From positions 77,006,001 to 77,070,000 of the forward strand of contig CM059432.1 in assembly GCA_030390025.1 (NCBI GenBank): 64,000 nt of DNA, in the 5' to 3' direction. Below the pieces are notes generated by a model that was not told where the DNA came from, did not search any database, and worked only from the letters and a program-made list of their open reading frames with translations. Positions within the stretch are counted from its first letter, which is position 1, and each line of letters starts with the position of its first letter. Shown here piece by piece: positions 40,477 through 51,523 of this stretch. This DNA is from Squalus acanthias. Lineage: Eukaryota. A program made the translations under genes and the position numbers.

Positions 40477-43373
40477 TTTGTCAGGGGGATGGGAAAAAGG
40501 GCTGTAGTCCAGGAGCCAGTGGTGAGTGTAGGGAGGTACTGAGGAGTGTATCAAGGTCGCAGGAATGTACCGGCAGACAGGAAGGTGGCTTGAAGTGTGT
40601 CTACTTCAATGCAAGGAGCATCCGGAATAAGGTAGGAGAACTTGGAGCGTGGATTGGTACTTGGGACTACGATGTGGTGGCCATTACGGAGACATGGTTA
40701 GAACAGGGACAGGAATGGTTGTTGGAAGTTCCGGGGTATAGATGTTTCAGTAAGAGTAGGGAAGGTGGTAAGAAAGGTGGAGGAGTAGCATTGTTAATCA
40801 AGGATAGTTTAACAGCGGCAGAAAGGCAGTTCGAGGGGGATCTGCCGTCTGAGGTAATATGTGCTGAAGTTAGAAATAGGAAAGGAGCGGTCACGTTGTT
40901 AGGAGTTTTCTACAGGCCCCCAAATAGTAATAGAGATGTGGAGGAAGAAATTGCAAAGCAGATTATGAATAGGTGTGGAGGTCACAGAGTAGTTGTCATG
41001 GGTGACTTCAACTTTCCAAATACTGATTGGAACCTTTATAGGTCAAACAGTTCGGATGGGATAGTTTTTGCACAGTGTGTGCAGGAGGGTTTCCTGACAC
41101 AATATGTGGATAGGCCGACAAGAGGTGGGGCCACATTGGATTTGGTACTGGGTAATGAACCAGGCCAAGTGTTTGATTTGTATGTGGGAGAGCACTTTGG
41201 AGATAGCGACCACAATTCGGTGACTTTCACTATTGCAATGGAGAGGGATAGGGCCATACGGCAGGGCAGGGTTTATAATTGGGGGAGGGGTAATTATGAT
41301 GCGATTAGGCAAGAATTAGGGAGCATAAGATGGGAACAGAAACTATCAGGGAAAGGCACAAACGAAAAGTGGAGCTTTTTCATGGAGCAATTACTGCGTG
41401 TCCTTGATAGGTATGTCCCTGTCAGGCAGGGAGGAAATGGCCGAGTGAGAGAACCATGGTTCACAAAAGAGGTTGAATGTCTAGTCAAGAGGAAAAAGGA
41501 AGCGTCTGTAAGGATGAGAAAACAAGGTTCAGTTGGGTCGATTGAGGGGTACAAGGTAGCAAGGAATGAGCTAAAAAAAGAGCTTAGGAGAGCTAGGAGG
41601 GGGCATGAGAAGTCCTTGGCGGGTCGGATCAAGAAAAACCCCAAGGCTTTTTACTCTTATGTGAGAAATAAAAGAATGACCAGGGTGAGGGTAGGGCCGG
41701 TCAAGGACAGTAGTGGGAACTTGTGCATGGAGTCAGAAGAGATAGGAGAAGTGATGAATGAATACTTTTCGTCAGTGTTCACCGAGGAGAGGGGCCATGT
41801 TTTTGAGGATGAGAGTGTGATAAAGGTGGATAGGCTGGAGGAGGTAGATGTTCTGAGGGAAGATGTTTTAGCAATTTTGAAGAACCTGAGGGTCGATAAG
41901 TCCCCTGGGCCAGATGGGATATATCCTAGGATTCTTTGGGAGGCAAGGGAGGAGATTGCAGAGCCTTTGGCTTTGATCTTTGGGTCCTCACTGTCCACGG
42001 GGATGGTGCCAGAGGACTGGAGAGTGGCGAATGTTGTTCCTCTCTTCAAGAAAGGAAATAGGAATGACCCTGGTAATTATAGGCCGGTTAGTCTTACTTC
42101 GGTGGTTGGTAAGATAATGGAAAAGGTCCTGAGGGATAGGATTTATGACCATTTGGAAAGAGGCAACTTAATCAGGGATAGTCAACACGGATTCGTGAAG
42201 GGTAAGTCTTGCCTAACAAATTTGATTGAATTCTTTGAGGAGGTAACTAAGTGTGTAGATGAAGGTAGAGCAGTTGATGTCGTATACATGGATTTTAGTA
42301 AGGCGTTTGATAAGGTTCCCCATGGTCGGCTCATGAAGAAAGTAAGGAGTTGTGGGATAGAGGGAAATTTGGCTGATTGGATAAGTAACTGGCTATCTCA
42401 TAGAAGGCAGAGGGTGGTGGTGGATGGAACATTTTCGGACTGGAGACCAGTTACCAGCGGTGTGCCACAGGGGTCGGTGCTGGGTCCTCTGCTGTTTGTG
42501 ATTTTTATCAATGACTTGGAGGAGGGGACTGAAGGGTGGATCAGTAAATTTGCTGATGACACCAAGATTGGTGGAGTAGTGGATGAGGTGGAGGGCTGTT
42601 GTAAGCTGCAAAGAGACATTGATAGGATGCAGAGCTGGGCCGAAAAATGGCAGATGGAATTTAACCCTGATAAGTGCGAGGTGATTCATTTTGGTAGGGC
42701 AAATTTGAATAAGGATTACAGGGTCAACGGCAGGGTTCTGAGGAACGTGGAGGAACAGAGGGATCTGGGGGTTCATATCCACAGATCTCTGAAGGTTGAT
42801 ACTCAAGTGGATAGAGCAGTAAAGAAGGCCTATAGTGTGTTAGCGTTTATTAACAAGGGGTTTGAGTTTAAGAACCGTGAGGTTATGCTACAACTGTACA
42901 GGACCTTGGTGAGACCACATTTGGAATATTGTGTGCAGTTCTGGTCACCTCACTATAGGAAGGACGTGGAAGCATTGGAAAGAGTGCAAAGGAGATTTAC
43001 CAGGATGCTGCCTGGTTTGGGGGGGAGGTCTTATGAGGAAAGATTGAGGGAGTTAGGGCTTTTCTCTTTAGAGCGGAGGAGGATGAGAGGCGACTTAATA
43101 GAGGTTTATAAGATGATGAGGGAGATAGATAGAATGGATGTTCAGAGACTATTTCCTCGGGTGGAGGTAGCTGTTACAAGGGTGCATAACTATAAGGTGC
43201 ATGGGGGGAGATATAGAAGGGATGTCCGAGGTAGATTCTTTACTCAGAGAGTGGTTGGGGTGTGGAATGGACTGCCTGCTGTGATAGTGGAGTCGGACAC
43301 TTTAGGAACTTTCAAGCGGTTATTGGATAAGCACATGGAGCACACCAGAATGATAGGGAGTGGGATAGCTTGA
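40467..43373 (+). CDS. CR1 ORF2: APE endonuclease + reverse transcriptase, uninterrupted, no AUG before the endonuclease core
   Basis: YFNARS, ITETW, GDFN, SDH, NYRPVSL, MDFSKAFDKV, GVPQGSVLGP, FADD. Start placed at the proposed slippery site; the first in-frame ATG is at 40965. Confidence 0.92.
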   Translation, partial: FKLICQGDGKKGCSPGASGECREVLRSVSRSQECTGRQEGGLKCVYFNARSIRNKVGELGAWIGTWDYDVVAITETWLEQGQEWLLEVPGYRCFSKSREGGKKGGGVALLIKDSLTAAERQFEGDLPSEVICAEVRNRKGAVTLLGVFYRPPNSNRDVEEEIAKQIMNRCGGHRVVVMGDFNFPNTDWNLYRSNSSDGIVFAQCVQEGFLTQYVDRPTRGGATLDLVLGNEPGQVFDLYVGEHFGDSDHNSVTFTIAMERDRAIRQGRVYNWGRGNYDAIRQELGSIRWEQKLSGKGTNEKWSFFMEQLLRVLDRYVPVRQGGNGRVREPWFTKEVECLVKRKKEASVRMRKQGSVGSIEGYKVARNELKKELRRARRGHEKSLAGRIKKNPKAFYSYVRNKRMTRVRVGPVKDSSGNLCMESEEIGEVMNEYFSSVFTEERGHVFEDESVIKVDRLEEVDVLREDVLAILKNLRVDKSPGPDGIYPRILWEAREEIAEPLALIFGSSLSTGMVPEDWRVANVVPLFKKGNRNDPGNYRPVSLTSVVGKIMEKVLRDRIYDHLERGNLIRDSQHGFVKGKSCLTNLIEFFEEVTKCVDEGRAVDVVYMDFSKAFDKVPHGRLMKKVRSCGIEGNLADWISNWLSHRRQRVVVDGTFSDWRPVTSGVPQGSVLGPLLFVIFINDLEEGTEGWISKFADDTKIGGVVDEVEGCCKLQRDIDRMQSWAEKWQMEFNPDKCEVIHFGRANLNKDYRVNGRVLRNVEEQRDLGVHIHRSLKVDTQVDRAVKKAYSVLAFINKGFEFKNREVMLQLYRTLVRPHLEYCVQFWSPHYRKDVEALERVQRRFTRMLPGLGGRSYEERLRELGLFSLERRRMRGDLIEVYKMMREIDRMDVQRLFPRVEVAVTRVHNYKVHGGRYRRDVRGRFFTQRVVGVWNGLPAVIVESDTLGTFKRLLDKHMEHTRMIGSGIA

Positions 43374-44848
43374 TCTTGGTTTCGGACAATGCTCGGCACA
43401 ACATCGAGGGCTGAAGGGCCTGTACTGTGCTGTACTGTTCTATGTTCTATGTTCTAACACCAGCCTTTTACACTTTCAATCCAACTTACTAAATGTCTCC
43501 AGTCCTTGCTCCCTTACTGCCCCCCTGTCCTGACGCTAAAGCCACTCTTGTACCTCCCTGCTTTCAGATAGTGAACCACCAGCTGACCAGCCTGTCCCTC
43601 AACCAAGCAGTGGGAGCGACGCCCCAGGCGAGGAGGAAGAGGAAGCCGGAGCCTCACCGCCTGCGTCTCCCGAGGGAGCCCATGCCCACACTGGGACCAC
43701 GCCTTCCCTGGAGGGGAGCAGGGGGGAAGGGTCTGATGAGGACGAAGCTCCAGGACCCAGCGGGCTGCAGCAACGCCATGGGGTAGGGACGTTCGGGGGC
43801 CATCTCCCCGGAGGGCGAGTCGGCAAGCGAGTCCTGCTGCACTGGACGCAGAGGAGGAGCGCGTCATCGCGGAAATGAATAGCCAGGCCTTGAGCATGCA
43901 CACTGAGCTCATGGGTGCAATGGCAAGGATGCCCGAAAGCATTGATGGACTGGCAAGGAGTGTGGACCACTCCACTGCAGCACAGGCCAACGCAACGGCT
44001 TAGTGCTGCAATTCAGTCACTGGCTGCTGCCATCCAATCTCAGACTGCTCTCATGCAGTCTCAGATTGCTGTCACACAAGCACTGACTGCTGCCATTGTC
44101 GCTGGGTCGGCCACATTGCCCCGGGGCTCTCACGGTGCCACAGCAGGCCAGCAATCTGTGCGCGAGCAGATTGCTCCGGATGCTGAGGTACTGCCCCGTG
44201 GGAGTGCCAGTGTGACGGTCGAGCAGGAAGGTACTGTCCTCTCTTGGGATGACAGCATTCCTGCTCCCACCACTGTCACTTCCCCATTGCACTTGCTACT
44301 GCCTGCAACACAGCCAGCCCAGACTGCTGCCGCCCATGCAGAGTTGGTGCAGTCTGCAGCCGGGCCCTCCAGGCCCAGAGCTGGTCGAGGGCGTCCTTCA
44401 AAGGCATCTGTAGTCTCAGCATCTGACATTCAGCAGCCTTCCACCAGCCTTGCTGCAGCCACTGGGGCCCCATTACGGAGGAGCAGTAGGGTGGGAAGTG
44501 CGCAGGGGATGGAGATCACCCTTGAAGGGCAAACAGTAGGAGGTCTAAATAAATGGTGGCAATGTTTGTAGTAAAGGTCGAGGTTCATCTGATTACATTT
44601 GTTTACTATTTTTGCGTTTTTCTCCAGCTTGTGAGAACCAGTTCTGTAAATTCATGATTTGTTGTGTTTGTTTCTAATTGTTTGTCCTGAATAAATGACA
44701 TACACAGAGTTTGTTAAATAAAAGAGTTGTATTCAAAATTTACATTTTTGGCCTTTGGAATCATTGCAGCTTTGGCCGGCAATAGTGGGTGCGGGTTGCT
44801 TTCCATGATGTTGTTCTCCATGCAAGAAGCCATCTTCTGAGTAGGGGC

Positions 44849-45979
44849 CTAGAAGCGGCTTGTTATCAGCTGTTGACGGACGGCCCTTGCAGTGGCAACA
44901 TTGTGCGCCTCCCTCCCACGTTGGTGCTGCTGCTGATCATCCTCCTCATTCTCCTCCTTCTCCTCAGGTGGTGCACCAATCCCTGGTGGCATTGGCTGGG
45001 TCCTCAGGATTGCCAGGTTGTGAAGCATGCAGTATACAACTATGAAGAGGGAGACTCGCTCAGGTGAGTACTGCAGGGCTCCTCCCAAGTGGTCCAGACA
45101 GCGGAACCGTTGCTTGAGCACGCCGATCGTCTGCTCAGTTATGTTCCTGCTGGCAATATGGCTCTCATTATACCGCAGCTCGGCAGGGGTGTTGGGGTTA
45201 CGGAGCGGTGTCATCAGCCAGGTGCAGAGTGGCTAACCCTTGTCCCCGAGGAGCCAACCACTTGGGGCATGCGGTGCCTGGAAAAGGTCTGGCACAGCAG
45301 TCTGGCGCAGGATGAAAGCATCGTGGCTGCTGCCAGGATAGCGGGCATTGACGGCGAGTATGAGCTGTCGGTGGTCACAGACCAACTGCACATTTAAGGA
45401 GTGGAACCCCTTGCGGTTTCAGAAAACCTCTGCATTTTCATGTGGTGCCCACAATGCCACGTGCGTGCAGTCAATGGCGCCCTGCACCATGGGGAAGCCA
45501 CATGCGCGTTCATGCTGTTTGGCCCGGGTCATGGGGAAAGAGATGTACTGGTGTCTCTTTTTATAGAGGGCATTTGTCACCTCACAGATACAGCAATGGA
45601 CAGTGAACTGGAAGATATTGGCGATGTCCCCAGTAGATGCTTGAAAGGAGCCACTGGCATAAAAATTCAGAGCCACTGTCACCTTCACTGCCACCGACAG
45701 AGACGTCCTGATCCTCAGTTGAGGCTGCAGATCTGGTTGCAGCCGGTGGCAGAGCTCAGTGACCACCTCCTTGCTGAAGCGCAGCCTGCGCAAACACTGC
45801 TCCTCAGACAAATGAAGGTATGAGAACTGTTCCCGGAATACCCTGGGAGGGTAAGGTCTCCTGTGCAGAGGCCTGTTGGCCCTCCTCCCTCTGGCCATGT
45901 TTGCCACTCTCTCTCTGTATCTCTGATGCCTCTGATTCTGCAGGTGCAGGACGACGCCCCAAATCAGTGCAGCCCCCAC
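44849..45979 (-). pseudogene. HARBI1-like DDE transposase of element B
   Basis: [68 protein letters not shown]; contains stops and frameshifts. Confidence 0.92.
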
Positions 45980-48089
45980 AGTCTCTTCTAAATCGATGAA
46001 AGGAAGGTCAACTCAAAATGAACCTGCAAAGTGCTGCTCAGTACCCAAAACTCCTTCACACAGTGTTGAATCTCTCCAGAAGTCTCTCTCTCTCTCAGAA
46101 TGCGTGGTGCAAAAATGTCTCCGACAAATAAAAGCAGGAAGAGGCCGCCTTTAAATAGTGCTCCCCCAGCCCCTTTCCGACTGCAAAACATTCCCCTCTA
46201 CCTGTCGTCGCTAGCGGCAGGCAGAAAGACAGGGGGCGCCACTCAATATCCGGTCCAGGGCGCTACCGGGGCGTTGCATGCTCGACTGACGTCACGATCT
46301 GCGGGCGCAGGAGATCGTAGCGGTAGTGTTTAGTACCGCCGCAAAATGTCTGGACATTTTCGCGAGCAGCGCCGCGCCCGGGCGCTAGTTGCTTGGCGCT
46401 AACGGGAGGCACTAATCAACCGAATTTTCCCCCTTTATTTTCAACAATTTGCCTTATTGTACAGATCTGTGCTCACCTTTGGAAGTGGCTTAGTGAGTTG
46501 CAGTGAATGCTGAGACATAACGGTACCTCCACCCACCCACCCCCCCCGCAATGGTGATGAGTATGAAAGGAATGGCTTGGACTTTGTAGGGATGCTTTAT
46601 GGTGCTGGTGTGGGGTGGTGCCAACCTGGCGCATCACGTGTACAGCGTCAAGTGAAGTAAATCTGGCCATGGTGAGGCCATCGCTGGCCTCCCAGGCAGC
46701 ATTGTTGTCGAGTGCTGTTGCCGTGTCCTGTGCAGCATCAGGTGATTATGCAGAAGGTTGGTGTTGTTGTTGGTGATGTTGGTGCTGGGGCTGATAATGG
46801 AGGGATTCAGAGGACCAAGGTGAGATTTTTTCAAGAGCACTGATGTTGCTGGAATAAATGGCAGCTGAAGCTGAGATGACAGAAGCGATCTGACAATGGT
46901 GAGAGTGGTTGCTGCAAGGAGGTGACAGTGGATAGAGAGTTTACTCCAAACACTTCCAAACTGCATACAGCTCAAAAGTGTCTTCCAAGTCCTGAAGGCT
47001 CAAGTTTCTGACATTGGAAAGTGACCAGCTGTGAAATGGTAGTTTTCATACCACCTTTGCAGCTTTCACCCATTCACAGCAATGGGGAGACAGAGAACTC
47101 GACCTACTTACCTGACGTGAGCTCTGAATGACGTGAACCCCGTTAAAAATGTGGTAAAATAGAAAAAGGCTGGCAAAATAGTAGCAAACAAGCACTTAAC
47201 AAGCAGTTAAGTATCTTAAATGCCTCCCCCACTGATTGGTGTCGGGTCTGTTCTGAAATCGCAGACCCGACATTTGAAAATTACATGGAGGTGGGTTCGC
47301 AGCGGGTTCTCAACCCGGTCAATCATTTCGATTTTGACAGCGGACACGCCTCCAAACCGGCACTCTGAACACCGGCAAAATTCAGCCTAAAATATTTGTT
47401 TAATTTCTCTGCCATTTCCTTATTCCCCATTATAATTTCTCCTATCTCAGCCTGTAAGGGATCCACATTTACTTTCGCTAATCTTTTCCTTTTTGCATAC
47501 CTATAATTGCTTTTACAGTCTGTTTTTATGTCTCTCGCTAGTTTACTCTCATATTCTATTTCCCCTTTCTTTATCAATTTCTTGGTCCTCCTTTGCTGAA
47601 TTCTAAAATCCTCCCAATCCTCAGGCTTACTACTCTTTTTGGCAACATTATAAGCCTCTTCCTTTGATCTAATATTATATTTAACTTCTCTTGTTATCCA
47701 CGGTTGGACCACTTTTCCTGTGGGGTTTTTGTGCCTTAAAGGAATGTATATTTGTTGTAAATTATGTATTAATTCTTTAAATGCTAGCCATTGCTTGTCT
47801 ACCATCATACCTTTTAATGTAGTTTCCCAATCTACCGTAGCCAACTCACCCCTCATACCTATGTAGTTTGCTTTGTTTAGATTTAAGACCCTAGTTTTGG
47901 ATTTAACTAAATCACTTTCAAACTTAATATAAAATTCTATCATATTATGGTCACTCTTCCCTAAGGGCCTCTTTACTAAAAGGTTATTAATTAACCCTTT
48001 CTCATTGCACAATACTAGACCTAAAATAGCCTATTCCCCAGTTTGTTCCTCAACATACTGATCTAGAAAACTATCTTGTATACATTCTA

Positions 48090-48182
48090 TATGTATGTGA
48101 TGCGGACGAAGGAGCAGCCGCTCCGAAAGCTTGTGATTTCAAATAAAGCTGTTGGACTATAACCTGGTGTTGTGCGACTTCT
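48090..48182 (+). mobile_element. Short Penelope-type terminal fragment with a degenerate hammerhead motif, inserted in the CR1 endonuclease region
   Basis: cggacga-aggagc-agcc-gctcc-gaaa-gctt (48103-48132), then AATAAA; it interrupts the CR1 reading frame. Confidence 0.6.
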
Positions 48183-51032
48183 CAATTCTATATGTAGATT
48201 AAGGTCCCCCATGACTACTGTGCTACCCTTGTTACATGCACCTTTAATTTCCTGATTTATACTCTGCCCTGCATTACAACTACTGTTTGGGGGCCTATAA
48301 ACAACTCCCACCAATGTTTTCTGCCCCTTGCTGTTTCTTAGCTCCACCCAAACTGATTCTACTTCTTGATTTTCAGAGCTAAGATCCTTTCTCTCTATTG
48401 CCTTTATCCCATCCTTTATTATCAGGACTATCCCTCCTCCTTTTCCATTTTGCCTATCTCTTCTAAAAGTTAAGTATCCTGGAATATTTAGATCCCAACC
48501 TTGGCTACTTTGCAACCACGTCTCCATTATGGCTATTAGATCAAACCTATTAATTTCTATCTGTGCTATTAATTCATCTATTTTGTTGCGAATGCTTCGC
48601 GCATTCAGATACAGTGCCTTTAGCTTTGATTTATTTCTATTTTTCCCTGATGTCACCATAGTCACTGATGCCCTATTACCTTTGTTACTCTCGCTGCCCC
48701 TTCCTGACCCACTGCTTATTTTTACCCAAAACTCTGCTCTGCTCTAGAGCCTTGACATTTCTCTTGCTGCTTTTAAATTTACTCTTTCCTGAATCCTCCC
48801 CGCCCCCCCCTACCCCCCAACTTCATTAGTTTAAAGCCCTGTCTACTGCCCTAGTTATTCGATTCACCACAACACTGGTTCCAGCCCGGTTTAAGTGGAG
48901 CCCATCCCAACGGAACAGCTCCCTCTTTCACCAATACTGGTGCCAGTGCCCCATGAAGCAAAACCCCTGCCTCCCACACCACTCTTTGAGCCACGCATTT
49001 AACCTTCTAATCTGCTTATCCCTATGCCAATTGGCACGTGGCTCAGGTAACAATCCAGAGATTATTACTTTTGAGGTTCTGCTTTTTAATTTGGACCCCA
49101 ACTCTTCAAACTCTCTCAGCAGAACCTCATTCCTAGTTCTACCTATGTCATTCGTTCCTATGTGGACCACGACAACTGGATCCTCCCCTTCCCACTCCAA
49201 GTTCTTCTCCAGCTGTGAGGAGATGTCTTTAACCCTGGCACCGGGCAGGCAGCACAACCTTCGGAACTCTTGGTTGCAGCTGCAGAGAACAGTATCTATC
49301 CCCCTGACTATACTGTCCCCTACCACAACTACATTCCCTTTCACTCCCTCCACTTGAATGGCCTCCTGCACCATGGTGCCATGGGCAGCTTGCTCATCCA
49401 TCCTGCAGGCTTTTCCCTCATTCACACAGGCAGCAAGAACCTCATACCTGTTGGATAAGAACAAATGCTGAGGCTCCTCCAGCACTTCACCTGGGGTCCC
49501 CTTACCTGCCTGTGTTGCAGTCACACCCTCCTGTCCCTGACCACTAACCAGACCTATACCACTACCTGTCTTAAGGGACTTTGATCCAGGACTGACTCCT
49601 GGATCAAAGTGTCAGGTAACTCTCCCCCTCCCTGATGTCCCGCAATGTCTGCACCTCAGACTCCAGCTCAACAACTCTGAGCTGAAGTTCCTCAAGATGC
49701 AGGCACTTACTGCAAACGTGGTTCTCTGGGATCAGAATGCTCTCCACAAACTCCCACATGCTGCAGTTGAGGCACACCACCTGCACTGCCATCCCTATAT
49801 GACCCTGTTCTATTTAATTAAATTTGTATTTAAGTAACTTAGTTTACAGTTTAGTTTCTTGACTATGTAATTGATATGTCAGAAATTATGTTAGTAGTAG
49901 GTTAGATCAGCTAGCTGTTCGTAGACAGCTAAATGCCAACAGAATACAGAAGAATTTTAAATGGATATAATGACCAGTTTAAATTCATGGTGGTTTGACA
50001 ATTCGCTTAATATCTATTACAGTATGGGTTTCTCAATGAGACGGATTGAAGTTAGTCAAGTCTATATTAATATGTTATATGGGTAACAGAAACAAAGACA
50101 GACAGGCAGAGGTAGTAAGACTATGAGCAATAGCAGCAGCAACAACAGCAGTAGTTATGGTGGAAATCAGTGGAGCTGTTTAATGAAGGCACTATGCTGA
50201 ACCAAACACAGCTTGGGAGTCAAATAGCATTGGCAAGATCTGGTTACTTGTTATTTTAACAAGAAAATTAGGGAATTTATCAACAGCGATGATCTAGTCA
50301 TTAAAATAGCTTCTAAAATATGGTAATAAAAAGACTTTCTGGGTTTATAAGGTGTTAACAAATAATTCTCTGAGGCAGAAATCTGTTAATATATTTTCTC
50401 AGTGTGTGTACACTAGATAGAATAATTTCAGAATTTGTCTCCATCACAAGATCTGTTGGCAAACCTTTTTGAGTAAAGATTTTTTTTAACTTCTTTTTGT
50501 TGACTACATTTCATCAGGTCGACAAATAAAAGAATAAATTATAAAAGATGTTCACGGTAACATGCCTCAAGATGCCTTTAGCTCCAAGGCGGTATAGAAG
50601 TTCCAGATGTCAAACTAATAACAGCAGTGACAGTTATCTGCAGAAATATCAAAACATTGAATTTTGGGCTAGTGTAGCATGTTTTTGTTGTTTTAGGAAA
50701 TGTTGTAGGAAAAGTTTAGAAGTCTGCAATTGTTACATTTGTTCACTCACCTGTATTTTGCAAAATAAACCAGCTTCTTGATTTGTCATTGACCACGTCT
50801 TAACAGTGTTCATTAATCCCCCTATTGAAAGATTGGAGAAGGGCATGCGGGGACATGCGAGTTTACAGTATCCAGTTCATATTTCAAAGGGCATTGTCAC
50901 AGCCCCCAGGTTACGCTGTTGTATCAGTAGATATTGGACAGTGCAAGTTAACTCTGAGACAGAAGAAGCACGCAGTCCAGTTACAGGGATAACCTGTACT
51001 GCTGGACCTGGGAGAATATCTACAGCAGAGAT

Positions 51033-51270
51033 TCATTTGTAACAAGCACCTTATCACATCCTCAGGATGTCCCGAAGCATGTCATAATCAGTGGATTATT
51101 TTTCAAGTGTAGTCATCATTTGAACTACTGGAATAGGCAGAGAAGACCTACTGTTTAATGTTTCATCTGAATGATGGCACATCCAACAATCCAGCACTTC
51201 CTCAGTATTCCACTGAACTAACAACTTAGATCATGCACTCATGTCCTGGAGTGGTGGTTGAACTCAAAAC
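51033..51270 (-). mobile_element. Degenerate, internally deleted DeuSINE copy
   Basis: Patchy similarity to 13742-14203. Confidence 0.6.
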
Positions 51271-51523
51271 TGATAGTGTGTGGTCTGTGGCAGATGTCTG
51301 GTACTCCCATCACTGACCATGCACTATCAATATAAAGGAGGCAAAATCCATGCCCGGAAGCTGACTTTTCTGGGTCCCAAGTGTGGCATTGAGGGGCATG
51401 GAAAGCACAGGGTTTAATTCACAGAAAGTTCTGTGGGATCTGCTCACCTCCATGACTGCAATTTCTGTCGTGCATCCCAGCGTGTAAAGCTCTGCCTTCA
51501 AGAGTGTTCATTTGTGAGACACA

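Larger units (their letters stand above)
39705..43455 (+). mobile_element. Young CR1 LINE, 5'-truncated in ORF1, with intact ORF2, in intron 2 of the element B Myb gene
   Basis: AACAC duplication at 39700-39704 and 43456-43460; (GTTCTAT)n tail; open ORF1 3' part and open ORF2. Confidence 0.95.
38927..44571 (+). pseudogene. Harbinger Myb/SANT (trihelix) DNA-binding gene of element B; exons 38927-39163, 39501-39650, 43569-~44571
   Basis: MERPWERAQRFSDRALVALV...WREVAQHVSSRSLVPRTHTQCGKKFNDLTRVVR|AKLSHNRRQQQRTGGG; canonical GT-AG splice sites; frameshifts in exons 2-3. Confidence 0.85.
38567..46433. mobile_element. Harbinger transposon B (two-gene, complete termini, coding decayed)
   Basis: TIRs GGGGGAGAAATTCGGT / GGGGGAAAATTCGGT (rc). 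TTT duplication at 38564-38566 and 46434-46436. Convergent Myb and transposase genes. Confidence 0.92.
37757..47387. mobile_element. Harbinger transposon A, non-autonomous double-deletion derivative of a C-like element; hosts element B
   Basis: Imperfect TIRs ggccgcaattttgcc / ggctgaattttgcc (rc). Myb exon 1 remnant at 38056-38277. Only the 3' and 5' tips of the transposase remain (46660-46860). No clean TSD is recognisable. Confidence 0.85.
36045..49860 (-). mobile_element. Near full-length CR1 LINE (inactive), split by Harbinger A at 37757-47387
   Basis: ORF1 zinc finger/leucine zipper (CLNC...CSKC, 49604-49792), SGNH esterase (VVGDSIVRG), endonuclease 47390-48665, RT 36142-37755. The peptide KLNKYF|VSVFTEED is split by the insertion. 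(TTCTTATG)n tail. The 5' end is approximate. Confidence 0.92.
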
